DNA of 64,000 bases, taken from Caldisericia bacterium. Lineage in GTDB: Bacteria > Caldisericota > Caldisericia > JAAYUI01. The notes beneath the pieces are model-generated. The model was not told the DNA's origin. It worked only from the letters and a program-made list of their open reading frames with translations, and did not search any database. The stretch covers positions 1,824,001 to 1,888,000 of the forward strand of contig OY771555.1 in the NCBI GenBank assembly GCA_963674785.1. Reading direction: 5' to 3'. Every line of letters begins with the position of its first letter. The stretch's first letter is position 1. Of the stretch, positions 10,159 through 21,072 are shown piece after piece. A program made the translations under genes and the position numbers.

Positions 10159-12303
10159 CTAAGCTTTTTCGATTGGTGCATACCTGAGATTCAGAAGCTT
10201 TATTCCTACTGAACCAAAGGCTATCTCTGCTCTGTCACCATCAACAGACACAACGATCCCTTTTCCCCAAGCTTTGTGACTGACACAATCACCCTCTTCA
10301 ACTTTGATAATTTCCTTTTTCTTCTTTTTATGTAACGTTTCAAACGCACTAATGGTTCCACTGGTTTTAATACTTCCAGCTAACCCTCTGGTTTCAATAT
10401 TACTGTTACTTTGAATCTCTTTGATAAATCTTGATGGAGTGCAAACCTTGGGTACACCGTGGATATGTCTGTTTGTTACATACGAGATATGCAAGACTTC
10501 CTTTGCTCTCGTTATACCAACATAAGCAAGGCGTCTCTCCTCTTCAATGTCCTCTTCTGATTCAAGCGACCTTTGATGGGGAAGTGTTCCTTCTTCAAGG
10601 CCACAGAGGAAAACAACAGGAAACTCTAGACCCTTCACTTGATGGATTGTTGTCATCAAGACCTTGTCAGCCTCAGAGTCGCTTTGGTCAATGTCTGCAA
10701 TCAGAGAAACTGATGCGAGGAACGCCTCAAGTCCGCGTTCATCCGAGAAGTTTTCAAATTCAGCTGAGAGATTTAAAAATTCCTCTATGTTTGCAGCTCT
10801 TGCTTCACCCTCTTCTGTTCCATCTGACCTCAACCTGTCAATAATCTCTAACCTATCAACTAGACTTTCAACAACCTTTGATGCGGATTCATTGTCAGAA
10901 ATTGATCGAAGTTCAGCAATGAGTTCAAGGAATTTTTCTGCATTAATCGTTGCTGTTTTATTCAATTGTCCTTCTTCAAGAAGTCTCGAAAGGGATTCCT
11001 CAAGAGTCACTTTAAATTCTGTTGCAATCAATTCCATCCTGGCGAGAGTTGAATAACCTATGCTTCTTTTAGGATTCATCAAAGCTCGCCTGAAAGAGAC
11101 CTTGTCTGCAGGATTCACAATAATCCTAAGGTAAGCAAGAAGGTCTTTTATTTCCTTTCTGCCATAAAACCTTATCCCACCAATCAACTGATATGGGATT
11201 CCTCTTGAGATTAACGCTTCCTCAAAAGACCTACTTTGAGCATTTGTCCTATAAATTATTGCAAAATCCGAATACTTTCGACCTGTTTCAAATCCTTTTT
11301 GAATCTCTCTTGCTACATAATATGCTTCATCAGAAGGCTCAACCCCACGGTAAAGATAAACTTTTTCACCCTCACCGGCATGGGCAACAAGCTTTTTTTC
11401 AACCCTTTTTTTGTTTCTTCTGACAAGCTGATCTGCAACCGATATGACTGAACCGGTCGACCTGTAGTTGATATCCAACATGATTTTTTCGAGCCCCGGA
11501 AAATCAGACTCGAAATCAAGCATGATTCCAGGAGTAGCACCTCTAAAAGCATAAATTGACTGATCGTCATCACCGACAATCATGATATTACCAGAGTCCG
11601 CAAGGATTTTTATAAGCATGTGTTGGGAAGGATTGATGTCTTGGTACTCATCCACAAGGAAGTACTCAAATTGGTTTTTGTACTTGTCTGCGATGTCTGT
11701 GTACATCGATAAAAGCCTGATTGTTTTTCCAATCAGATCATCAAAATCCATCGAGTTCATCTCTTCGATTGTGCTTTGATACCTTCTGTATACCGATGAG
11801 ATTGATTGTGCTCTCTGGGTTTTTGCCATCTGAGCATACTCGTCAACCCCAACAAGTGAATTCTTCGCGGAAGAAATAGCATTCCTGACAAGTCTTGGAT
11901 TTAACTGTTTTGGATTGATGCTCATGTCTTTCATAATGTTTTTGACAATATCAAGCGTATCTTCAGTATCTAAAACCGTGAATCCTGGAGAGTATCCAAG
12001 ATGTCTTGCATCTCTTCTTAAAATTCTATAACAGATTGAATGAAACGTACCAATCCAAAGTCCCTTGGCTTTTTCACCAATGAGTTCAGTTACCCTTTCC
12101 TTCATCTCTCCCGCAGCTTTATTTGTAAAAGTGCAAGCCAAAATTGCTGAAGGAGAAACCCCAAGCTCAGATATGAGCCTTGATATTCGATAAGTTACCA
12201 CACGAGTTTTTCCTGATCCGGCACATGCAAACACAGCAATCGGACCCTTGTCATGGGTAACGGCAGATTTCTGTCTGTCGTTTAGAATTCCATCATAATT
12301 CAT
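10159..12303 (-). CDS. pcrA: ATP-dependent DNA helicase PcrA/UvrD
   Basis: AGSGKT, TFTNKAA, VDEYQD, VGDDDQSIY, NYRS, EERRLAYVGITRA, C-terminal Tudor-like domain. Confidence 0.95.
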   Translation of the reverse strand: MNYDGILNDRQKSAVTHDKGPIAVFACAGSGKTRVVTYRISRLISELGVSPSAILACTFTNKAAGEMKERVTELIGEKAKGLWIGTFHSICYRILRRDARHLGYSPGFTVLDTEDTLDIVKNIMKDMSINPKQLNPRLVRNAISSAKNSLVGVDEYAQMAKTQRAQSISSVYRRYQSTIEEMNSMDFDDLIGKTIRLLSMYTDIADKYKNQFEYFLVDEYQDINPSQHMLIKILADSGNIMIVGDDDQSIYAFRGATPGIMLDFESDFPGLEKIMLDINYRSTGSVISVADQLVRRNKKRVEKKLVAHAGEGEKVYLYRGVEPSDEAYYVAREIQKGFETGRKYSDFAIIYRTNAQSRSFEEALISRGIPYQLIGGIRFYGRKEIKDLLAYLRIIVNPADKVSFRRALMNPKRSIGYSTLARMELIATEFKVTLEESLSRLLEEGQLNKTATINAEKFLELIAELRSISDNESASKVVESLVDRLEIIDRLRSDGTEEGEARAANIEEFLNLSAEFENFSDERGLEAFLASVSLIADIDQSDSEADKVLMTTIHQVKGLEFPVVFLCGLEEGTLPHQRSLESEEDIEEERRLAYVGITRAKEVLHISYVTNRHIHGVPKVCTPSRFIKEIQSNSNIETRGLAGSIKTSGTISAFETLHKKKKKEIIKVEEGDCVSHKAWGKGIVVSVDGDRAEIAFGSVGIKLLNLRYAPIEKA

Positions 12304-12304
12304 A

Positions 12305-13774
12305 TTAGATTAGGTGTTTTTTATCCTTGGTTCTTACTCTCAGCCTTAATTTCCTGATGGCTTTTGCCTCGATCTGTCTGATTCTCTCTCTTGTTACCTT
12401 GAAGATTTGACCAACCTCTTCAAGTGTGTGAGGGTATTCTGACGAAAGACCGAATCTCAACATGATAATCTGTTTTTCACGTTCAGTAAGAATGTCAAGT
12501 ATAGTGTTCATCTGCTCTCTGAAATATTTTGTAACAATTTTTTCCTCAGGAGAGATGACAGTTTCATCTGGCAAGAAATCACCGAGTCTGTTATCTTTTT
12601 CTTCACCGATAGGTGTTTCAAGAGAAAGTGGTTCAAGATTGATTTTCTGGTAATCTCTGATTTTTCTTGGTGTTGTTCCCATCTTTGCCGAAAGCTCTTT
12701 GAAAGTGGGCTCTCTTCCAAGGTCTTGATAGAGTGCTCTTCTGATTTTTGTGAGTTTGTTAATCGATTCGACCATATGAACAGGAACCCTGATAACTCTT
12801 GATTGATCAGCTAAAGCTCTTGTTATTGCCTGTCTTATCCACCAAGAGGCATAGGTTGAGAATCTGAAACCTTTTCTGTAATCAAATTTTTCAACCGCAC
12901 GAATCAAACCTATATTTCCTTCTTGAACGAGGTCAAGGAAAGAAAGTGAGTTTCCCGTATATTTTTTTGCAATTGATACAACAAGTCTAAGATTAGACTC
13001 GATGAGTTTTTGTTTTGCTTCTTGACAACCTTTTTCAACTCTCTTTGAAAGGTTTATCTCACCATGGATTGTAAGAAGATTAATCTTTCCAATCTCTTTC
13101 AGATACATTCTGATTGGATCAGAAACCTCGGCACTAGTTGAAACCCTCATCTTCTTAGTCTTTGTCGTCGATTCAGTCTTGATTACACCCTTTTTGTCTA
13201 CATCACCAAATGATATTCCAGCCTCAGAAAACATCGAATATATTTCATCAATTTGGTCAGGGGACAGATCCATTCGACCCATCAAATCCATTATCTCTCG
13301 ATACGAGACAACCTTTGAAGATTCATGTTTTTTTATGAGCGTAACCAATTCAGGAACCTGCAGAAGGTCGGCCCTGATTGCATTTTGTCGAGGGGTTTTT
13401 CCAGTCATATCTTTGCCGATAATTGTTCTTAATAATTCATCAGCATCAATTTCAGGGGCGTTAGGCTCCTCGGAAACCTCATCTTCAGTTTTTTTGGTAA
13501 CTTTTTTTGGTTTGGATGATTTTGCAGCAGATGTATCTTTTTTCGCTTTTGTGGTCTTCTTTTTTGTGGACGATTTGGAATCCGACTCTTTAGTAGAAGA
13601 TGACGTCTTCGTCGATTTCGAGCTCTTCTTCGGCTCTTGTTTCACCGAATTGGTTTTTCCTGAAGTCTTTGTCGAAGTCTTCTTTGCGGTCTTTTTCTTC
13701 TCCGCTTTCTCTTCGGAAGCTTCTTCTTTCTTCACTTTTTTCGGTTTTGTCTTTTTTTCTGTTTTTTCTGCCAC
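12305..13774 (-). CDS. rpoD: primary RNA polymerase sigma factor with Lys/Ser/Thr-rich N-terminal extension
   Basis: [56 protein letters not shown]; GTG start with GAGGGA SD; downstream of dnaG. Confidence 0.93.
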   Translation of the reverse strand: MAEKTEKKTKPKKVKKEEASEEKAEKKKTAKKTSTKTSGKTNSVKQEPKKSSKSTKTSSSTKESDSKSSTKKKTTKAKKDTSAAKSSKPKKVTKKTEDEVSEEPNAPEIDADELLRTIIGKDMTGKTPRQNAIRADLLQVPELVTLIKKHESSKVVSYREIMDLMGRMDLSPDQIDEIYSMFSEAGISFGDVDKKGVIKTESTTKTKKMRVSTSAEVSDPIRMYLKEIGKINLLTIHGEINLSKRVEKGCQEAKQKLIESNLRLVVSIAKKYTGNSLSFLDLVQEGNIGLIRAVEKFDYRKGFRFSTYASWWIRQAITRALADQSRVIRVPVHMVESINKLTKIRRALYQDLGREPTFKELSAKMGTTPRKIRDYQKINLEPLSLETPIGEEKDNRLGDFLPDETVISPEEKIVTKYFREQMNTILDILTEREKQIIMLRFGLSSEYPHTLEEVGQIFKVTRERIRQIEAKAIRKLRLRVRTKDKKHLI

Positions 13775-15437
13775 GTATTTCCCTCTGTAACCTTTGATAC
13801 AACTCGAACTCCTCCGAGGTTAAGCCTTGATTATCATATTTTTTTCTTAATATTTCAAGGCTATAACGAGTTATATCGTTGAGAACCTGAGAAACGAATA
13901 ATTTTTCATCCTCATTGATAGACTCATCTACCATCATACCAGCAATTACAGAAGAAAGTTCATCATCAAAAACTCCCCCATTAAGGCTTTTCTGAAGCTC
14001 CGAAACCTTACCATCGACTTTTTTTATTAACTCAAAAATCTCTCTGAATATACCTGATCTGAAGTAATCCGATGTTGCAACATCCAGAACCTGCTTGGAA
14101 ACATCTTGGTCTTTACACATCACGGAAACGATTCGTCGCTCATAAGAAGTCCGTGCATCGCTCGTTTTCAGGTTCACCTTTGGTTTCCTTTTGATAAACG
14201 AGCTTATCGCAGCTTTCGGAACATTTATAGTTTTTGCAAGTTTTTCAAGGTATTCTTCTCTGATTATTGGATCAGGAGTTGCACTTACAACCTCCCATGA
14301 TTGCTTGGCTATTCTTGATTTTGCAGATGCAAGATTTGGGTCAGTCTCAAGTTCAGAAAAATACTTGATAACAAAATCAACTGATTCCAAAGAGTTTTTG
14401 ATGACATCTTCAACGGCTTCTTTTCCACCCTTTGCTAAATCATCTGGGTCTTTACCTGTTGGATTCTGGATAACAAAACAATCAAGTCCCTGGGTTAGGC
14501 AAGCTTTTATCGCACCAATTGTTGCGTTTTTCCCTGCTGAATCGGAATCAAAAAACAGATACACATTATGAGTAAATCTTCTAATAATCTTTGCATGAAG
14601 ATCAGTAAATGCTGTTCCGAGTGTGGAGACTGTTTCTGAGAATCCAACCTTGTGCATCGAGATAACATCCATATATCCTTCAGAAACAATCACTCTTTTT
14701 TTGAGCTGAATCTCTCTTTTGGCGATGTTTATCCCAAATAGAGTTTTTGATTTATCAAAGATTGGGGTAGCTGGAGAATTCAGATATTTTGGGTTCTCAT
14801 CACCCATTGTTCTTCCACCAAAAGCAACAACTCGACCACGCATATCAAGAATTGGGAAGATTACACGATCTCTCATGTAGCCATAAAAAGAACCATCTTT
14901 TGATCTACCTAAAACTCCCAGTTTTTCAGCAAGCTCAAAACTGTAATCTACATCTTTTAAAAATTTCGGAAGATAACTTCCACTTGCTGGAGAATATCCA
15001 AGTCTGAACCTGTTTGATAATCCTTCATCAATTCCCCGGGATTTCAGGTATTCTTTTGCTCGATTATTCACTTGGAGTTGTGAGGAAAAATATTCAGAAA
15101 CTCTCGACATCAGTTCATACTCATCAACCGATGATTTGGGTTTCTTAACAAAATCGACTTCAATTCCTACCTCATCAGCAAGAGTCTTTAAAGCCTCCAT
15201 ATATGAGAGACCCTCAATCTTACTTAAAAAGTGAACAACGTTGCCACCAGCTTTACACCCAAAACAATAGAAAAAACCTTTATCGGGGGAAACAGTAAAA
15301 CTTGGAGTTTTTTCGGGATGAAATGGACAAAGGCCGACATGATTCCTGCCGGCCTTTCGAAGTTTGACATATCGACCTACAACGGTCGCTATGTCAAGTC
15401 TACTCTCAATCTCTTCAACAATTCGATCGAGATCCAT
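13590..15437 (-). CDS. dnaG: DNA primase
   Basis: CPFH...CFGC zinc finger, FGGR, KYLNSP, EGYMDV, FDSDSAG TOPRIM, KDPD. Confidence 0.96.
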   Translation of the reverse strand: MDLDRIVEEIESRLDIATVVGRYVKLRKAGRNHVGLCPFHPEKTPSFTVSPDKGFFYCFGCKAGGNVVHFLSKIEGLSYMEALKTLADEVGIEVDFVKKPKSSVDEYELMSRVSEYFSSQLQVNNRAKEYLKSRGIDEGLSNRFRLGYSPASGSYLPKFLKDVDYSFELAEKLGVLGRSKDGSFYGYMRDRVIFPILDMRGRVVAFGGRTMGDENPKYLNSPATPIFDKSKTLFGINIAKREIQLKKRVIVSEGYMDVISMHKVGFSETVSTLGTAFTDLHAKIIRRFTHNVYLFFDSDSAGKNATIGAIKACLTQGLDCFVIQNPTGKDPDDLAKGGKEAVEDVIKNSLESVDFVIKYFSELETDPNLASAKSRIAKQSWEVVSATPDPIIREEYLEKLAKTINVPKAAISSFIKRKPKVNLKTSDARTSYERRIVSVMCKDQDVSKQVLDVATSDYFRSGIFREIFELIKKVDGKVSELQKSLNGGVFDDELSSVIAGMMVDESINEDEKLFVSQVLNDITRYSLEILRKKYDNQGLTSEEFELYQRLQREIRGRKNRKKDKTEKSEERRSFRRESGEEKDRKEDFDKDFRKNQFGETRAEEELEIDEDVIFY

Positions 15438-15452
15438 TAATAACTTCTAATC

Positions 15453-18086
15453 CTACTTTTCTCTAATTACTGCTTGTGCCGCTGCAAGTCTTGCAATTGG
15501 AACTCTGTATGGTGAACATGAAACATAGTTGAGTCCGATTCTATGACAGAATTCAACACTGCTTGGCTCTCCACCATGCTCGCCACAAATACCACATTTA
15601 AGGTCCTTCTTTGTTGAACGACCCTTATTAACTGCAATCTCAACGAGCTGTCCGATTCCTTCCTGGTCAAGAACCTGGAAAGGATCATATTCGAAGATTC
15701 CTTTTTCTACATACTCTGGGATAAATTTTCCAACGTCGTCACGGCTAAATCCAAATCCCATCTGTGTAAGGTCGTTTGTGCCAAAACTAAAGAATTCTGC
15801 TTCTTCAGCGACCTTATCGGCTGTGAGTGCTGCTCGTGGAATTTCGATCATTGTTCCAACAAGGAAATCGATCTTCGCGCCCTTTTCTGCAAATACCTTT
15901 TCAGCAGTTTCAAGTACAACTTTTTTCTGGTTGGCAAGCTCTGCTTTTGAACCGATAAGCGGAATCATAATCTCTGGGAATACATCAATTCCTTTTGCTC
16001 TGAGTTCACAACCTGCTTCAAGAATTGCTCTTGCCTGCATCTCTGTGATCTCTGGGTATGTGATTCCAAGTCTGCAACCACGATGCCCAAGCATTGGGTT
16101 AACCTCTGCAAGCGCGGCAATCTTTTCTTTGAGTTTATCTTTCGAGACTCCCATCTCTTTTGCAAGTTCATCAATATCTTCTTCTTCTTTTGGAAGGAAC
16201 TCGTGAAGCGGTGGATCAAGAGTTCTGATTGTTACAGGATGACCTTTCATTGCTTCAAGGATTCCAAGGAAATCTGCTTTCTGCATTGGTAAAAGCTCAG
16301 CGAGAGCTTCTCTTCTACCAGCTTCATCGTCAGCAAGAATCATTTTTCTAACAGAAAAGATTCTCTCTGGAGCAAAGAACATGTGTTCTGTTCTGCAAAG
16401 ACCGATACCTTTTGCACCAAAATCAAGTGCGACTTTTGCATCATGTGGGGAATCAGCGTTTGTTCTGACACCAAGTCTCTTTACTTCGTCTGCCCATGAC
16501 ATGAAGGTTGTAAAGTTGTCGGAAAGTTCTGGATCTGATGTTTCAAGTTTTGTTAAATAAACCTCTCCTGTTGAGCCATCAAGTGAAACCCAATCACCTT
16601 CGGAGATTTTTTTACCAGCGACTTCAAAATATTTACCCTCTTCATTGACTTTGATTTCGCCGCAACCAACGACACAACACTTACCCATTCCACGACCAAC
16701 AACTGCAGCATGACTTGTCATTCCACCAGTTGATGTTAAAACGCCATTTGCCTTTGCCATTCCCATGACATCTTCAGGGGATGTTTCAACTCTAACAAGG
16801 ATGACCTGCTTACCATCATTTGCCCAGGCTTCTGCATCTTCTGCGGTAAAAACAACCTGTCCAACAGCAGCACCAGGTGATGCTGGAAGACCTTTTGCAG
16901 ATGATGTTGCATTTTTCTTTGCATCAGCAGAAAGTGTTGGATGAAGTAGCTGATCAAGAGCGTTTGGATTTATTCTCATGAGGGCGGTCTTTTTGTCGAT
17001 AACTCCCTCTTTTACGAGCTCAACTGCTATTCTTACTGCAGCCTCTGCAGTTCTTTTACCAGTTCTTGTCTGAAGCAGGTACAGTTTTCCGTCTTCGATG
17101 GTAAACTCAATGTCCTGCATATCTTTGTAGTGTGATTCAAGATTATCAAAAGCATCTGTGAGTTCTTTGTAAACAACTGGCATCTCTTCTTCGAGTTTTG
17201 CAATTGGTGATGGAGTCCTGATACCTGCAACGACATCTTCTCCCTGTGCATTTACAAGATACTCGCCGAAATATACATTTTCACCAGTGTTAGGATCTCT
17301 TGTGAAGGCAACACCTGTTCCTGATGTATTTCCGGTATTTCCAAAAACCATTGTCTGGATGTTTACTGCTGTTCCTCTGAGACCCTTGATGTCATTAATC
17401 TTTCTGTAGTCAATCGCACGAGGATTGTTCCATGAAGAAAGCACTGCTTCAATTGCGAGGTAGAGCTGCTCTCTTGGATCTTGTGGGAATTCCTTGCCGG
17501 TGGCTTCTTTTACAACATTTTTATATCCATCAATTACTTCTTTAAGCTTATCAGCAGTTAAGTCCTGATCGGTCTTTGCGCCTGCTGCTGATTTAACTGA
17601 AGTAAGAACATGTTCAAACTTTTCTGAGTTAATACCCAAAACAACATTACCAAACATCTGGATAAGTCTTCTGTAGCAGTCAAATGCGAATCTTTCGTCG
17701 CCTGTCTTTTTTGCAAATCCATCTGCTGTTACATCGTTAAGACCAAGATTTAAGATTGTGTCCATCATACCTGGCATTGATACAGCTGCACCAGAACGAA
17801 CTGACACGAGAAGCGGATTACTGTTAGAACCAAACTCTTTGCCTGTTTGCTTTTCAACTCCGGAAATATGAGCTAAAACATCTTTTTTAAAATCTTCCGG
17901 AAGCGTTTTGTTCCATTCGTTGTAATATGGCTCGCAAACCAATGTTGCAATCGTAAAACCAGGAGGAACAGGAAGTCCGATTCTTGTCATATTTGACAAC
18001 CCAAGACCTTTTCCGCCGAGGATTTCTCTTGCAGATTTCGCAGGCACTTCCTTTGCTGCTTCAAAATCGTAAATAAGTTTCTCCAT
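15453..18086 (-). CDS. ppdK: pyruvate, phosphate dikinase
   Basis: LGGKG, VSVRSGAAVSMPGMMDT, GGMTSHAAV phospho-His, GLCRTEHM, FGTNDL. Confidence 0.98.
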   Translation of the reverse strand: MEKLIYDFEAAKEVPAKSAREILGGKGLGLSNMTRIGLPVPPGFTIATLVCEPYYNEWNKTLPEDFKKDVLAHISGVEKQTGKEFGSNSNPLLVSVRSGAAVSMPGMMDTILNLGLNDVTADGFAKKTGDERFAFDCYRRLIQMFGNVVLGINSEKFEHVLTSVKSAAGAKTDQDLTADKLKEVIDGYKNVVKEATGKEFPQDPREQLYLAIEAVLSSWNNPRAIDYRKINDIKGLRGTAVNIQTMVFGNTGNTSGTGVAFTRDPNTGENVYFGEYLVNAQGEDVVAGIRTPSPIAKLEEEMPVVYKELTDAFDNLESHYKDMQDIEFTIEDGKLYLLQTRTGKRTAEAAVRIAVELVKEGVIDKKTALMRINPNALDQLLHPTLSADAKKNATSSAKGLPASPGAAVGQVVFTAEDAEAWANDGKQVILVRVETSPEDVMGMAKANGVLTSTGGMTSHAAVVGRGMGKCCVVGCGEIKVNEEGKYFEVAGKKISEGDWVSLDGSTGEVYLTKLETSDPELSDNFTTFMSWADEVKRLGVRTNADSPHDAKVALDFGAKGIGLCRTEHMFFAPERIFSVRKMILADDEAGRREALAELLPMQKADFLGILEAMKGHPVTIRTLDPPLHEFLPKEEEDIDELAKEMGVSKDKLKEKIAALAEVNPMLGHRGCRLGITYPEITEMQARAILEAGCELRAKGIDVFPEIMIPLIGSKAELANQKKVVLETAEKVFAEKGAKIDFLVGTMIEIPRAALTADKVAEEAEFFSFGTNDLTQMGFGFSRDDVGKFIPEYVEKGIFEYDPFQVLDQEGIGQLVEIAVNKGRSTKKDLKCGICGEHGGEPSSVEFCHRIGLNYVSCSPYRVPIARLAAAQAVIREK

Positions 18087-18170
18087 TTTTTTCTCCGTTT
18101 TGTTTGATACTGTTACTAATAACTGGTTTTAGCAAAACTGCAACAAAAGTGCTTATCTATTCAATTTTCC

Positions 18171-18200
18171 TTGACAAAATGAAGTAACAACTGCTAGAAT
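18171..18200 (+). promoter_or_regulatory. sigma70-type promoter of the rpmH operon
   Basis: TTGACA, 18 bp spacer, TGC-TAGAAT; GGAGG SD follows. Confidence 0.65.
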
Positions 18201-18230
18201 AGCTTCAATTGTTTTTTGGAGGATATACCC

Positions 18231-18377
18231 ATGCGAACTATGTTGAATCCGCACAATAGGAAAAAGTACAGAACATCTGGTTTCAGAGCCAGAATGAAAA
18301 CAAAGAGTGGCAGAGACGTTCTCTCACGCAGAAGAAGAAAAGGTAGAAAACGTCTATCAATCAGCGAATATAAATAG
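18231..18377 (+). CDS. rpmH: 50S ribosomal protein L34 (not in the ORF track)
   Basis: Translated by hand: [48 protein letters not shown]; GGAGG SD; precedes rnpA. Confidence 0.95.
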   Translation: MRTMLNPHNRKKYRTSGFRARMKTKSGRDVLSRRRRKGRKRLSISEYK

Positions 18378-18412
18378 AATTTCGTGAACATCATGACTGA
18401 GAACTGAAATGA

Positions 18413-18733
18413 ATGAAGCTTCCACCGAGATTATCAAAACAGGAAGTGGAGCAAGTATTTCAGCGAGGCAAATCGAAAGCGTTTTCGCACATTCGATTTG
18501 TTTGGACAGGGGAGAACTCAAACTTAAAGGTCTCTTACTTGTCCCCTACAAAATTGGGGAATGCAGTAGTAAGAAATCACGTTCGAAGAATAATGCGAGA
18601 ATCTTTTTTCCCTCTAAGTCCGCAGATTCCAGCAGATGTTCACTTGGTTATTCTTGCAAGAAAATCAATTTCGACTTCATGTGTCGAAGAGTTGATGCAA
18701 ATTTTAAAGGTACTGGTTGAAAAATGCTTCTAA
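18413..18733 (+). CDS. rnpA: ribonuclease P protein component
   Basis: [20 protein letters not shown] motif; synteny. Confidence 0.92.
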   Translation: MKLPPRLSKQEVEQVFQRGKSKAFSHIRFVWTGENSNLKVSYLSPTKLGNAVVRNHVRRIMRESFFPLSPQIPADVHLVILARKSISTSCVEELMQILKVLVEKCF

Positions 18734-18948
18734 CAAAGATTTTCACATATCCGCTTCTTGGTTTGATATGGATATACCGAAAACTTATTTCACCAATTTT
18801 TCCAAGTAGCTGCATCTACAACCCTACATGCTCACAATATGCTTTTGAGGCAATATCAAAACATGGTCTCAAAGGGATATGGATGAGCATTAAAAGAATT
18901 GCTAGATGTAGACCAGGGATGCCTGGGGGTTTCGATCCCGTACCTTAA
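18724..18948 (+). CDS. yidD: membrane protein insertion efficiency factor
   Basis: ISP...[15 protein letters not shown]...RIARC.P...GGFDPVP. Confidence 0.95.
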   Translation: MLLTKIFTYPLLGLIWIYRKLISPIFPSSCIYNPTCSQYAFEAISKHGLKGIWMSIKRIARCRPGMPGGFDPVP

Positions 18949-19001
18949 AACTACCAGTTTGCTGATGGATAGATAAATATCCTTAGACCCCTTAAGGAGG
19001 G

Positions 19002-20558
19002 ATGCTTACGATGCGTTTAAAGAAGATTTTAAACATCGCCATTGTTGCGATGGTTTTTTTTGGTTTGGCACTTTCGTTCACACCAGTTTTTGCCGGTTAC
19101 AATATCTCCATTGAAGCCGAAGGGATAGCACTGCAGGGTGCAAGAGATTCAATCTATGAGGTTAAAATTAAGAATCTTGGTAGTGAAAAAATTGACTCTG
19201 CCGAGGTATTCATAACTGAGATCGCTGGAAGACCCGTTACATCAGATGGTGATTACAAAGTTGCAAACAACCCACAGACAGTTACTTTCCTTGGAGAAAA
19301 GGGTGACCGATTAATCTTCCCAATCAGTATAAAAAAAGATGTCGAACCTGGTATCAAAGATGTCAAAATCAAAGTTATCATCGGCGAAGAGTCAATCGAA
19401 AAAACAGGAACTCTTCGGGTTGAAAAAAACTCGTCCTCCGCAATTATCACTGAAGACAACCCAATAAACGTTTCTTTAGCGAGAAAAGGAACACCCAACG
19501 AAAGCATGCTGCTCAATGTTATCATTGAGAACCCAAAATCAAACGTGTACGACATTAGCAATGTATCAGTTGAGTTGGTTGGTATTGCAACGAATCCAGA
19601 TTATACAGATGTTAGAGAAATCCCAACACACACCGGTGAAGAGTTTAAAGAGTATGACTTCTTCTCACATCCATCAAATCTTCCAAACACAACGAAACTT
19701 GAAGGGAAAGTTATTTCACCTGGAAAAAGCAACAAAGACATCGAGATCGTTGTTGCGGCTTCAGACGAACTTGCACTTGGAACATACTATCCCGTTTTCA
19801 ATGTTACATTCCAGACACCAGAAGGTCTCAACACAATTGAGGTCAAAGACCCAGCAACAATCAACATCGAAATAGTAAAAGTTCCGTGGTACAAGGCACC
19901 ATTCAGATGGTTCCTTGATATGCTAAAAAACACGGTTGGATTCGGAAGTTACGGAATTGCCATTATTATTCTTGGTATCCTACTTAAGGTTGTTCTCGTC
20001 CCACTTACAAACGTCCAATTTAAGAGCATGAAACAAAATGCCGAGGTTCAGCCACTAATCAAAAAGATCAACGAAAAGTATCCTGGCAAGGAAAACGCCC
20101 AAAAAAGGCAAGAAGAAACTATGAAGATTTACAAAGAACACAATGTAAATCTTTTTGCCGGCTGTCTTCCTCTTCTTGTGCAGATGCCAATCATCATTGC
20201 TCTCTATACAGCAATCAGCAACTATGCACCATTTAGCTTCTCAAGTTTCCTCTGGATACCATCACTTGGTGCGCCAGATCCAATTTGGATAATGGCAATT
20301 CTCATGGGACTCTCAACATGGTTCCAGCAGAGAGTTTCTCAGATGCCAGGACAGGAGTCCAATATGGCAATGCAGGTTATTTTCCCACTTTTCTTGTTCT
20401 ATATTGCTCTAGGATTCCCAACAGCACTTACACTTTACTGGGTAACATTCTCTGTCGTTTCAATTGCTCATCAGATGGTCTTCAACAAAAAATCATTTGG
20501 TTCGTATATCCTCAAGGTAACGAAACCAACACCAGCAGTTGTTGACAGTAAAAAATAG
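19002..20558 (+). CDS. yidC: membrane protein insertase YidC with large N-terminal extracytoplasmic region
   Basis: YGIAII, GCLPLLVQMPI, FLWI..L..PDP, LYW; synteny. Confidence 0.92.
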   Translation: MLTMRLKKILNIAIVAMVFFGLALSFTPVFAGYNISIEAEGIALQGARDSIYEVKIKNLGSEKIDSAEVFITEIAGRPVTSDGDYKVANNPQTVTFLGEKGDRLIFPISIKKDVEPGIKDVKIKVIIGEESIEKTGTLRVEKNSSSAIITEDNPINVSLARKGTPNESMLLNVIIENPKSNVYDISNVSVELVGIATNPDYTDVREIPTHTGEEFKEYDFFSHPSNLPNTTKLEGKVISPGKSNKDIEIVVAASDELALGTYYPVFNVTFQTPEGLNTIEVKDPATINIEIVKVPWYKAPFRWFLDMLKNTVGFGSYGIAIIILGILLKVVLVPLTNVQFKSMKQNAEVQPLIKKINEKYPGKENAQKRQEETMKIYKEHNVNLFAGCLPLLVQMPIIIALYTAISNYAPFSFSSFLWIPSLGAPDPIWIMAILMGLSTWFQQRVSQMPGQESNMAMQVIFPLFLFYIALGFPTALTLYWVTFSVVSIAHQMVFNKKSFGSYILKVTKPTPAVVDSKK

Positions 20559-20573
20559 AGGTTACCAAAGGAA

Positions 20574-21059
20574 ATGATCAATAATCGAAATCAAATGAAA
20601 CAACAAGAAGCAAAAGTTAGAGATTTTCTCTACGAGATGCTTCCAAAACTTTTTGGCTACATGGATGAAGAGATTGGAGTCAAAATCCATAGAGATTACG
20701 ACACTCTTTTCTGTTCTCTTGAGATGGAAAACTCAGCAATTTTCATTGGCAAATCCGGAGAATGTTTGGCCGCAATTCAGTATCTCGTGAACATGATTTT
20801 ACAAGAAAATGATTTCAACCTTGTAAGGATTACAATTGATATCGGCGGATACAAACGCAGACAGATCGAGATTCTGAGAAACATTGCCCAAAATGCAGCG
20901 ATCAAGGTTAAGAGATACAATAGACCTGTTGAACTTCAGCCGATGTCTGCTTTTGCAAGAAGAATCATACACACCGCGCTTAAGGACAATCCAGCTGTTG
21001 TCACTCATTCTATCGATGACGAACCAAGAAGAAGAGTCATTGTAGATATCAGAAAGTAG
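20574..21059 (+). CDS. jag: Jag/KhpB (KH-R3H) RNA-binding protein, short form
   Basis: IGKSGECLAAIQYL KH motif, RRIIH R3H, EPRRRV; synteny. Confidence 0.88.
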   Translation: MINNRNQMKQQEAKVRDFLYEMLPKLFGYMDEEIGVKIHRDYDTLFCSLEMENSAIFIGKSGECLAAIQYLVNMILQENDFNLVRITIDIGGYKRRQIEILRNIAQNAAIKVKRYNRPVELQPMSAFARRIIHTALKDNPAVVTHSIDDEPRRRVIVDIRK

Positions 21060-21072
21060 TTAATTTGGATTT

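Noticed and set aside
13179-13790. 203-aa antisense ORF opposite rpoD
   Set aside because: Shadow of the low-complexity Lys/Ser-rich sense sequence; no SD and no recognisable motifs
18194-18394. Minus-strand 66-aa ORF
   Set aside because: Antisense to the real rpmH gene
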